NCBI RefSeq assembly: GCF_023055435.1
Contig: NW_025963802.1
Span: 23,250,001 to 23,314,000, forward strand
DNA: 64,000 bases
Source of the DNA: Haliotis rufescens
Lineage: Eukaryota
Direction: 5' to 3'
The translations under genes were made by a program, and so were the position numbers. The notes beneath the pieces were generated by a model. It was not told the origin of the DNA and did not search any database. It saw nothing but the letters and a program-made list of their open reading frames with translations. Within the stretch, counting starts at the first letter, position 1; every line of letters begins with the position of its first letter. This document shows, piece after piece, positions 22,449-34,440 of this stretch.

Positions 22449-23457
22449 GAAAACTGTTCAAATGGCTAACAACTGGTGTTCTTTCTTTCTCACGCTTGCA
22501 AGTTTTGGACTTCTGATAAATATAGACAAATGAGTGCTGTCTGTGACCCAATGTGATATTTTTACGATTACGTTTCCACTTTTTCTAACTACATCTCATA
22601 TGAAAACTACGTTGAGTCAAAGGCTGGCTCGTGTTAACATTTTAGAGAGAAAAACCCCGTTGGAAACTAAAATCAGCCTTTTTGACACATTTTACCCTTA
22701 CCAATACATTTTGTGTTGTTTAAAGTCCGACAGCTGCAAGTGATGAAATCTATTTTTCGTGTATTTGAACTCATCAACTTCTAAGTTTTATGCAGTTCTT
22801 AATTAATGCAGATCATGTTGGCCCCAGTGAGCTTTATTCTACCTCGTTCACATGTCCTGGTCTTGATCTGCAATTGTCACCATGAATGTAAGTTTTGTTA
22901 CAACACAATGTTGGCTGCCAGTTTAAGAAGCGATTAATTCCTTCAGTAACTGAAATGTTACAGAATAATTCCAAGTTTGGTATTAAGTTCCACTTTCATA
23001 AATAAAATACACGTTGTAAAGTAAACAATGTAATACAAATGAGATGTTTCAGATAACTTAATAATTCGGCTGTTCTCTTACTTGATGTAAACAATTTTGA
23101 AAATAAATCGAAACTCGTCATGATGCTAATCTTGGAGCTCTTTAGATTATTCTATAACTTCCAGAACACTGCTCCGGGGCAGGTTTATAGGTAAACACTC
23201 ATTGTTGTAGTGTGACCAGCTCGAGCGTACAAGTCACTGGGCGGGTACGTGAGCGTGGTAGTACGCAGTCTTTAGCAATATTCCATCTATACATCAATAC
23301 GTGGCACACCAAAAATGAGCTTCGTACATTGTATTCATATGGAGAACCGACCAAAAGAGGAGGAGACACGCGGGATTCTCGTCTGTCCTGTTATGCATAT
23401 TAATGAAGTAGTTAATATGGAAAAGATAAAGTAGGTTTCATAATAAAGTTAACATGT

Positions 23458-23514
23458 TACAGTTATAGTTACAGTGATAGTTACAGTGATAGTTACAGTG
23501 ATAGTTACAGTGAT
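23458..23514. repeat. 12-bp tandem repeat (gttacagtgata), about 4.5 copies
   Basis: Seen directly. Confidence 0.85.
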
Positions 23515-24529
23515 ATTTTCAAACCATGTGACAATAACCTGTGGGTGGGGCTTGCAGACATCCGGGACTTTGAAGAAAGGTGTTTATCGTATGTTTCTGG
23601 TGTTGACAACCTCCTCATGTGCTTGATCGTAAGGATAATTGTACATCGACATGCAATCAATTTAAAAATGATTATATACAAAGTATGTACATTTCCTTTT
23701 TGCAGCTTTAAACATCAACTAACATAACACATCTTTGTGAGTATCTAAAATGGCATCACATTAAAGACAAACGTTCAGCCCTAGTCACATAAACCTGAGG
23801 AGTACAGCCTTTAAGATATTCATTGAGAAATGCTAACTTAAATCTACTGCACATTAGGCATTTTTTCCACTCAAGAGGAAATCTCAAAAGTCATATCGCC
23901 CCAAACAAACACATCTTACCATCTCTTGTATGTAGGTAGAACGAGAGTATCGAAGTGCCACCTAGCGGTGTCTCCTCAGACTATCTACTCTCGAAGCCAT
24001 AGAGCAAGACGTTTCAAGCAAGAGTCAAAAGCTCAACTTGACGTTTGGAGTGCAGACATAAGATGATGACATCAATTCAAGTAACTGCACTTTGCTCCGG
24101 CAGGTCCACAAAGTGAGGTGCAGCCGTGGGAAGAGATTGATTAGGAGAAGTTTAAGAGAAGCTGGATTAAATGAAGCAAACATACTCCTGTGACCTCCTT
24201 CGACCATTTACTACGACTGATAACAGCTACTGAGAAATACAGTATTCACGACCATAACGTTGACATTATGAATAGCATAATGTAGGCAGAACTTGTAATC
24301 AAAAGATGTGTTATTGAACTGGACTGCTTCTAAGAGTGCAGACAGGATGTAGACATATCTTTGTTTTATCATTGCATGTTGGCAATGACATTTTCTGTGA
24401 AAAATGTCTTGTTCGCACATATATAGTATATGTATCTTATGCTTCAATTGTCATATTCATACAATGTACGAGATAATGATATTCAGCTTCCACATCAAGT
24501 TCACGAACATGATCCCGCCTGAACTGACA

Positions 24530-24620
24530 CGCCGTGATAAAACTGAACTACTGTTCAAAATGGTGTTAAACGCAACTCACTCACTCACTCACTCACTCAC
24601 TCACTCACTCACTCACTCAC
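24530..24620 (+). mobile_element. SINE 3'-tail remnant with expanded (ACTC)n microsatellite
   Basis: cgccgtgata...aaaatggtgttaaacgcaac followed by about 11 ACTC units. It parallels gccgtgatattgctggaatattgttaaaagcggcttaaaacc...cactcac at 33111-33164. Confidence 0.65.
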
Positions 24621-24724
24621 GAATAGAACACATCCCATGTCATGTGTTTTTCTTTGGGTCGGACAAGCATAGCGAAATCTTCGTACGTGAAGAAAGCGAG
24701 CATAAGCCCTACTTGAAAAGCACC

Positions 24725-27698
24725 TGTAATCGCTCCACTACAAATACTAAGGTTATCTCGACAAAACAAATACCATGTAGACTCGACACTACAAATACCA
24801 TGTAATCGCTCCACTACAGATACCATGTAATCTCCACACAACAAATACCACGTGATTGCTCCACTACAAATATCATGTAATCGTGACACTGCAAATATCA
24901 TGTAATATCGACACACCAAATACCAGGTAATCGTGACACTACAAATACCATTTAACAGCGACACAACACATACCATGTAATCACGACACAACAAATACCA
25001 TGTAATCAAGATACTATTAATACCAATTTAAGCGCAACACAACAAATGTCATGTAATCACGACACTACAAATACCAATTTGATCGCGACACAACAAATGT
25101 CAAGTAATCTCGACACTACAAATACCATGTAATTGTAACACTACAAATACCATGTAATCGCGACACTATAAATACCATGTAATCACGACGCTACAAATAC
25201 CATGTAATTGTGACACTACAAATGCCATGTAATCTCAACACTACAAATACCGTGATGTAATCTGGACACTTTAAATACCATGTAATCGTGGCACTAAAAA
25301 TACCAGGTAATTGTGACACTACAAATACCATGTAATCATGACGCTACAATTACCATGTAATTGTGACACTACAAATACCATGTAATCATGACGCTACAAA
25401 TACCATGTAATAGTGACGCTACAAATACCATGTAATCTGGACACTACAAATACCATGTAATCGTGACGCTACAAATACAAGGTAATCTAGACGCTACAAA
25501 TGCCATGTAAACGTGACACTACAAATATCGCGACACTAAAAATACCATGTAATCATGACGCTACAAATACCATGTAATGGCGACACAACAAATACAAGGT
25601 AATCTAGACGCTACAAATACCATGTAAGCATGACACCATAAATATCGCGATATTATAAATACCATGTAATCGAAACAGTAACACTGGCGTGGTCACGGCA
25701 TATCTCGATATAAAAATACCATGTAATCGTTACACTACAAATGCCATGTGATCGTGATACTACAAATGCCATGTAATCGTGACACTACTTATACCATGTA
25801 AGCATGACACTACAAATGCAATGTAATTCTGACACTATAAATACTATGTATTCTCGACATTACAAATACCATGTAATTGGGACACTATCAATACCATATA
25901 ATCTGGACACTACAAATGCCATGTAATTGTGACACTACAAATTCCATGTAAGCGTGACACAACAAATACCATGTAATCTCGACATTACAAATACCATGTA
26001 ATTGGGACACTATCAATACCATATAATCTGGACACTACAAATACCATGTAATTGTGACACTACAAATACCATGTAATTGTGACACTACAAATGCCATGTA
26101 ATCTCGACACTACAAATACCATGTAATCGCGACATTATAAATACCATGTAATCATGACGCTACAACTACCATGTAATTGTGACACTACAAATACCATGTA
26201 ATCACGACGCTACAAATACCATGTAATTGTGACACTACAAATGCAATGTAATCTCAACACTACAAATACCGGGATGTAATCGGGACACTTTGAATACCAT
26301 GTAATCGTGGCACTAAAAATACCAGGTAATTGTGACACTACAAATACCATGTAATCATGACGCTACAAATACCATGTAATTGTGACACTACAAATACCAT
26401 GTAATCATGACGCTACAAATACCATGTAATAGTGACGCTACAAATACCATGTAATCTGGACACTACAAATACCATGTAATCGTGACGCTACAAATACAAG
26501 GTAATCTAGACGCTACAAATGCCATGTAAACGTGACACTACAAATATCGCGACACTAAAAATACCATGTAATCATGACGCTACAAATACCATGTAATGGC
26601 GACACAACAAATACAAGGTAATCTAGACGCTACAAATACCATGTAAGCATGACACCATAAATATCGCGATATTATAAATACCATGTAATCGAAACAGTAA
26701 CACTGGCGTGGTCACGGCATATCTCGATATAAAAATACCATGTAATCGTTACACTACAAATGCCATGTGATCGTGATACTACAAATGCCATGTAATCGTG
26801 ACACTACTAATACCATGTAAGCATGACACTACAAATGCAATGTAATTCTGACACTATCAATACCATATAATCTGGACACTACAAATACCATGTATTTGTG
26901 ACGCTACAAATACCATGTAATCGCGACCCAACAAATACCATACAATCTGGACACTACAAATACCATGTAATAGCGACACAACAAATACCATGTAATCGTG
27001 ACAATGCAAATACAATGTAATCTAGACGCTACAAATGCCATGTGAGCGTGACACCACAAATATCGTGACACTATAAATACCATGTAATCGAAACAGTATC
27101 AGTGGCGTAGTCACGGCATATCTCGACATGAAAATACCATGTAATCGTTACACTACAAATGCCATGTAAGCGTGACACTACAAATATCATGTAATCGAAA
27201 CAGTAACACTGGCGTGGTCACGGCATATCTCGACATAAAAATACCATGTAATCGTTACACTACAAATGCCATGTGATCGTGACACTACAAATGCCATGTA
27301 TTTGGGACACTATCAATACCATGTAATCTGGACACTACAAATACCATGTAATCGTGACATAATAAATACCATGTAATCGTGACGCTACAGATACTATGTA
27401 ATCGCGACACCATAAATACCATGTAATATCGACACAACAGATACCATGTAATCCCGACACTACTAATACCATGTAATGGCGACACGATAAATACGATGCA
27501 ATCGTGACACTACCAATGCCATGTAATCTCGACACAACAAATACCATGTAACCGTGACACTATAAATACCATGTAATCTCGACACTACTAATACCAAGTA
27601 ATCGTGACGCTACAAATGCCATGTAATCGTGACACTACAAATATCGCGACACAACAAATACCATGTAATCGAAACAGTACTGGCGTGGTCAAGGCATA
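24725..27698. repeat. About 25-bp satellite (gacactacaaataccatgtaatcgt), about 3 kb, diverged monomers with a 1019-bp higher-order duplication
   Basis: The monomer is visible throughout. Diagnostic variants recur at offset 1019 (e.g. 25672 and 26691). Confidence 0.95.
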
Positions 27699-28034
27699 TG
27701 ACATATCCTGTCAAACAAGTCTGCTGTTGTGTGATGATGTTGTTGTTTGTGGTGTTGAGGGGTTACACGGCATCACAGTTTAAACACATTGACTTGGTGT
27801 TAAACATTGTCTCAATGTTGAAGTCTTTGCACACCCAATTGTTGGCGATGGCTTACCGACGTTGTCATTGTGTTATCACACCGCTTTTACGGGGTCGATG
27901 CTCCAGCGAGTTGGTTTGCCTTCACCAGACTCATAGAGATGACAGATCAAGTATAGAGCCTCCCCGAGTCATCACTGTTAACCTTCCTAAGTAGGCGTTG
28001 TTATCGTCAAGATAATAATACGTTCAATAACATA

Positions 28035-29529
28035 CACTCTTCAAAAAAAGAAACGCACAGGTAGTATATAGTTGATTTAACCTGACTACACAAAAACCGG
28101 TATATAAATTGGATCTATGTTACTGGAAAATGTTGGTGGCCTGATATTCGACAAACGGTGTGTCAAAACGCAGCCATTGTCGATTTGCAATGTCTTAAAC
28201 GGCATAGTTTTCACAATTGTTAAAAAATGTCATGGAGGAAAAACAGTAAAGCAAAATGCACGTGCAAGTTATGGCATTCGTAACTCGTGGTAGTGGCTAT
28301 AAAAAGGCAAGCATAAGCCAATAATTTGTCATTCAATTGTCAACATTTTTCAAGTTCGAAAATGCCGAGACTTAGCGCTGTAACATCGCCATAGGACGTA
28401 TCCAAAGAGGGGAATCGCAGTCTTCTGTTGCACGCCACTTCAACGTCCACCACAGCATCATTTACCGCCTTTGGGACCAATACACACAGTTCAATTCCAC
28501 TGCCGACCTTCCGAGAACCGGCCGACCAAGAGTTACCGCCCCTGCACAGGATCGCTACATTCGACTGTTCCACCTACGGCATCGCAATGCCCCAGTTACG
28601 GAGACTGCAGGACGTATCCATGGTTTGAGGAGGATATCGGACCAGACTGTCATGAACCATATTCGCGAGGCTGGAATCCGACCCAGGAGACCAGTTATCG
28701 TTCCTGTTTTGCAACAGATCCATCGACAACGACGCTTATGTTGGCACCATACCTTACAGCCTTGGAATTTGAGAAACTGGAGACGAGTGTGGTTTAGCGA
28801 TGAATCACGATTTCTTCTTCACTGGCGAGTTTGAAGACAACGTATTTATTCTCGTCGTAATGAGCGTTTTGCCCCACACTGTGTACGTGAATTCGACAAT
28901 TTCGGTGGCGGTAGTGTCATGGTGTGGGGGGCTATATCCTACACCACGAGATCTGACTTGGTTGCGGTTCAGGAAAATTTGACAATAAAATTCTTCAACC
29001 TCACCTTCTTCCAATCATTGACCGCCAGAGGGAGCTGTTTCAACGGGACAACGCTTCACCGCACACAGCTCGTGTCACGGTAGACTACCTTCATAATGCC
29101 AACATCAACGTTTTGCCCTGGCCGTCGGGATCTCCAGATCCCAACCCAATCGAACACCTCTGGGATGAACTCGATCGACGTGTAAGTCAACGTCAGAACA
29201 TGCTGCAGACACTTCACTCCCACAACTGGCCAACGCGTTACAAGCAGAATGGTCCAGACTTCGTACTCCTATCCAGTCAGTGCCGAGGAGATACAGAGCC
29301 TTGATTGCTGCCCAGGGAGGTCACACGAGATACTGAGTTCAGCGCAATCTTGTGGCCTTATGTGACATGACAATGAAGAGTTTTAATGCCTTTGTACAAC
29401 GTCAACATGTGACTAGCGAGCTACAAAATTTCATATTTGTATCTATAATATTAAATTATATATATCGATTTTATTAGGTACAATAAAATTACTAAAAATA
29501 TACCTGTGCGTTTCTTTTTTTGAAGAGTG
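28035..29529 (+). mobile_element. Tc1-family (DD34E) DNA transposon, 1495 bp, both ends intact
   Basis: Perfect 29-bp TIRs CACTCTTCAAAAAAAGAAACGCACAGGTA (28035-28063 and 29501-29529). TA target-site duplication at 28033-28034 and 29530-29531. Internal transposase remnant. Confidence 0.97.
28362..29336 (+). pseudogene. Tc1 transposase pseudogene (frameshifted, with deletions)
   Basis: Fragments in shifting frames: MPRL..., HTH region with GRPR, WRRVWFSDESRF, FGGGSVMVWGAI, QRDNASPH...WPSGSPDPNPIEHLWDEL (34 residues between the second D and E), and terminal GGHTRY*. Confidence 0.93.
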
Positions 29530-30141
29530 TACATCGTTCAACATTCAGCGTTCAGCCGATGGGGAGCAAAGCAATGGCTTTGACCATGTGTCATCCTTGG
29601 ACATGATGGTCGTGGTGAACGCCTCGTGGTAACCATGGCTTGGTGTGACAGAGGGTGGAATTAGTGTGTGTTATATCCGTGCTGTCAGAGTGCGTTACAC
29701 TGTCAGACCATCACACCTTGTGTGTGCCCAAACGCTGGGTGGCATGACTTGACCAGGTCAATATTGATCCTCCTTTAACTGGGGTAGCAATAGATGGTTT
29801 CTCTGTTTACCGATCGTTCTGTGGCCGATATCCTTTACGGTGGGGACCTTGTGCACTGGCTTATTTACAAATGCTGATATCTGAAATGAAATCAAATTCC
29901 TCAAGGAACAGGTATTATTTTTAATAGAGCCCGATTTAGCCAGCTAGAAATGGAAATTACAAAGTCTGAATACTGTTTTAATGATATCGGGCATGTTCAA
30001 ATGACTGAAAGCTGACATTCTATGATATCTGGTCGGCTAATAAGGTTCCATGCTATACGTTGCATGCTTAAATTCATTCGCATTTGAAAAATGTAATATA
30101 ACTTAATCTGAACATCATAGAACGATTTTGTATTTTGTAAC

Positions 30142-30313
30142 CGAGTCTGAACCAGACAACCCAGTGATTGACATCAGGAGGAACGATCTACGCAATCGGG
30201 ATACGATTACATGCATCAACCAAGTCAGCGAGCCTTGACCACCGATCCCGTTAGTCGACTCTTACGAGAAGCATGGTTTGCTGAAGACCTGTTCTAACCC
30301 GGATCTTCACGGA
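30142..30313 (-). mobile_element. Headless SINE-like / non-autonomous retroelement, copy lacking the 3' tail
   Basis: Aligns with 38258-38428 and with the reverse complement of 46744-46856. Confidence 0.85.
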
Positions 30314-33001
30314 TGTTTATTATTTTCAAGTTGATAGGTCATGAAAGTACATGTAGGTTGTTGTGTTATCAGCATTTGTGAGAAATGCAAACATATTTCA
30401 TATATATTTATGTCGAACAGCAATTAACCGAAAATGACATGTTTTGCAATCTTGGCCCTGTCCCTTCAAATTGGCAATACCTCTTGAACTACCTGTTTGT
30501 GTACGTTTTCATATGCAAAATGAACTTTCAAAGTCTGCCCTTTTTTACCAACCCTGAACCCGAGAGTTGCAGTCGAATGAAGAAAGAATGGATGCTCTCA
30601 TTGCAGATCTATGTTCCCATCAGATTAAACTGACAGGTTATGTGGACGACACCCACACTGGTCACCTTGTCCATACCAGCGACCCCTGCCAGATAGCCAC
30701 ACCACCAACCGTATCTAAATTTACTTATGCCACATAAAATTGATGATTGCCTTTGAACCGCCAAGTCTCGCCAGTAGGAGGCGCCATGGGAAGTCACGCG
30801 ACCGGCACCAGAGCTTGTGCGCTGATCAGTGAGACAATGCCTCCATTAGCGTAGTGGTCAAGCAACAGTTGACCGTTGTGATTAGCGCCTTTTAATGACC
30901 ACTACTCGATGATAGAAGTGGTCGTTAATTACCGCCACCGGCAGGCAGAACACTACGCCAGTTTTCCTCTGCTAATATTTGAATTTAAACGGTTGTGCTG
31001 GCTCATGTAACCTTCATGTGGTGATGTCTTGGGAATAGAAGTCTGAAGTTGGTGTAAAATAAATCCTCATTTGAAGATTATCGGGGTTTTGTCAGATAGA
31101 TAGATTGTACATATAGTAATATTGTGTGTCCTTTTCGTGTTGACAACATGTAATATATGATGAATGTTAATTTATTATTGCTATGTCGCGAGTGTTCACA
31201 TTTTTCGAAACATCGTTTACCACACTTCTCCATTTGGACAAGGGCTAAAACACGGAACCGGTCAAACATGTATACATCACGTGTTTCGCCAAGGATTGCC
31301 CGATCAAAAGAAAAAAATAAGAACATTGGTTTCTTCATTAACATGTGATGAAAAAAACGTAGTCCACATGTCCCTTGCTCACACTATGGCATTGTACCTC
31401 GTTCTCATCCCACACAGTAATATGTCAGGGCGTCACAAAAGTGTACAAATATTGTGTACGAATATATGTCATATTCTCTTTCTGACTGAATAATTTACCT
31501 CGGCGTGAATAGCAACAGCGAATACATGTAAATACATATTGCAATACCACTGCTGTAATGTCACTCAAATTGAGTTTTCATTACCAAAGGAAACATCTGA
31601 TTCTATATTCGTCACAAAACTTATTTTCCTGTGTTGTCAACTCAACTTCTATTGACATATTACACTGGCCCACTGAATGAAGGGATTGCATAACGTCTAT
31701 ATCATATGCGCATTACAAAACCCACATGAACGGATGTGCGCGGATGGATCTGAGTTCTGAACCAATTGTTGCGTTTGATCATAGAAGATGGGGACTTGTT
31801 TCTGGGACATTGTAGTGGTGAGGGAGGGGGAGGGGGAGGTGATGGGGGGTTGAAGTGTCAGTCCCGCGGCTGGCACATCGCACCAGGAAGTCCATGTAGA
31901 TAGAAGGCCCTACACATCCACTCTCAAACCTCTTAAACAACGCGAAAAGTCCGGGTTTTAGAATAGAGCAACAACAATTGACTCGCGTGCCTCTCAAGTA
32001 AGCGATGACACAGACACTATACTGGTGAGGGCAAGCGATGCATCCCTCTGACGCAGGATGTTGTTATCCCAGTGGGTTTAGTTCTACCACCCAGCTACAG
32101 CACCGTGTTCCAGCTTTGCACAATGTTTGCTTTGCGTTTGAATGTGCTGATATCTCGACTAACGAGTGATCTTGCTGTATGTGATTCACAATACCCGTAG
32201 TTAAGATAGAAATTAAACATGGGGAAATAATGTCCATAGGACATAATTTGTCATTACTTCAAAAAAATAATAACCTCAGAGCTAATGCATTTGGCGTGTT
32301 TTCAAATATTATTGCAAGGTTGTGTAAATGGATTTTTAATTATGCAATTGTTCACGACAGTGTTAGGTTACTTTTTCATAGTGTATGAAAACCTTGAGCT
32401 ACACAAGGAAGTATACGTCTAGTCTGCTGTTTTTCGAGAATAAAGAAATAAGATATATTCTATATCTGCACTCACGCTTCACCCTTGTTCCTTATCCTTC
32501 ATTCTTGCGACATATCATTATCTTGTAACGACACATCGTGTACGCTCTGATATTCCGCCACAGAGACGAAGAATTCATAGATTCTAGACATAAATTCTAG
32601 TTTGCCCGTCCCCGCTCCGTCTTCGTCATATCGGACCTCTCTATTTCGGGGTTGTGGAAAAATATTACAGACACTGTTTGGTTGCATATTTGAACTTGCA
32701 TGTTCAGACAATTATATATATATATTGTTTACAGTTAATTAACGGGCAGACCTCGTTAGTCGTAATAATGCAGCACCCACAAAGATTATATTTGTTTTAC
32801 AACTATAAACAGGAGTCGGTTTTATTTCTATTTTTGTGAAATGATTATTATGTTTTTGCTTGAGATTCTCAGTGTCGGATACGGTTTGTAGTTATTGGCG
32901 CAGGCTGTTTTCTGTCAGCTTACATTATGCTACACGATGTACAATGCGACACGCACACACATGTCAGTGCAGGCATAATCTCTATTAATTATAAATATTG
33001 C

Positions 33002-33164
33002 GGGGCGGTGGTGTAGTCTAGTTGTTAAAGTGTTCGCTCGTCACGCCGAAGACCCGGGTTCGATTCACCACATGGAGGCAATGTGTGAAGCCCATTTGTG
33101 GTGTCCCCCTGCCGTGATATTGCTGGAATATTGTTAAAAGCGGCTTAAAACCATGTTCACTCAC
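33002..33164 (+). mobile_element. Full-length tRNA-derived SINE (tRNA-Asp/Glu-like head) with perfect 12-bp TSD
   Basis: A-box-like TAGTCTAGTTG and B-box GGTTCGATTC. TCGCTCGTCACGCCGAAGACCCGGGTTCGATTC parallels tRNA-Asp(GTC). It has a CACT tail, and the TSD tataaatattgc is at 32990-33001 and 33165-33176. Confidence 0.9.
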
Positions 33165-34285
33165 TATAAATATTGCCCGTGCTAGTAACTCGCAATGTCA
33201 TGACAACTTCTTCATTGGCCCCACCGACATCCACTACTCCCGCGACAACCAAATTACGTGATGAATGAAATATTGAAGAGGCTTGGTGTTGGTGTTTTAG
33301 TGATGACTTGCGGGTCAATGTTCGTGTTATAGTGACTAGGGTCAATCTTATTGTTATATAGTGACGAGGGTAAGTGTTGATGTTACAGTGACGCGACCAG
33401 GTCACGTGATGTTTAAGTCACTATTTGTCACTAAATAAAACATCCCATTTTTGCATCTCGTGGAACTATGCTTGCATGACAGCTACAAAGGCTCGCAAGG
33501 TATTAACACTATAAAGCAGCATGCCAGCGCCCTGTGACGGCTGTGGAATGGAAAACTCACTTGAAATAAGTACCATTAAAACTTTAAACCGTGTGTCCAA
33601 CTTCTGAGTCACCAGCATCTGATTTTGCTACTTGACATACTACGATTAGTTATAAGAACATGGTCCCATCACTAGTTGCCGACAGCTACGGTCGGCTAGC
33701 GTATTACCAACTGCACATGAGCATGGCTATATCCGGCAATGTTTGTAACTCACACATGGCGAGCATCTTTATCTATCTGCTCTTTCAAAATACAAAACTA
33801 AATTCACCTCAATGAACATGATACACACTACCACGTGCATACACATGAGTACAATGACTGGCTGTCAGTTTACAGTTATTCAATGTTATTACTTTATCGA
33901 ATAAGAAAAATACACGCTATATCGAATAGAAATACTGAACAAATAGCTCTGAGATTTGAGCTGAGTGCTTGGTCTTCACTACAAAAATATTCATGATCCC
34001 TAACTTTTTTGTGCAGTATATATATTGTCGTTGTATTGTGTATTGAGAATAAATATATTTATTTGTACAATGAAAACATGTCCCGTCAAATATGCGAAAT
34101 GTACTTGACGTGGCAAGCATCGCCTTTAGTTGAAATTATGTGAATGTACAATGGGATTGGGCCAAATCGACACACATGCGCTGCTCTCTGCCCATCTACA
34201 GTATTCCACATGTATAAAAATGTTGAATATGCATAACCTTTAATATACACGCATGCATAAATATGTTGATATGGATTTATATTCA

Positions 34286-34440
34286 NNNNNNNNNNNNNNN
34301 NNNNNNNNNNNNNNNNNNNNNNNNNNNNNNNNNNNNNNNNNNNNNNNNNNNNNNNNNNNNNNNNNNNNNNNNNNNNNNNNNNNNNNNNNNNNNNNNNNNN
34401 NNNNNNNNNNNNNNNNNNNNNNNNNNNNNNNNNNNNNNNN
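34286..34440. other. Assembly gap (155 N)
   Basis: Run of n. Confidence 1.

Noticed and set aside
33002-33075. tRNA gene
   Set aside because: The acceptor stem does not close, it continues into a SINE body and tail, and it is flanked by a 12-bp TSD. It is a tRNA-derived SINE.
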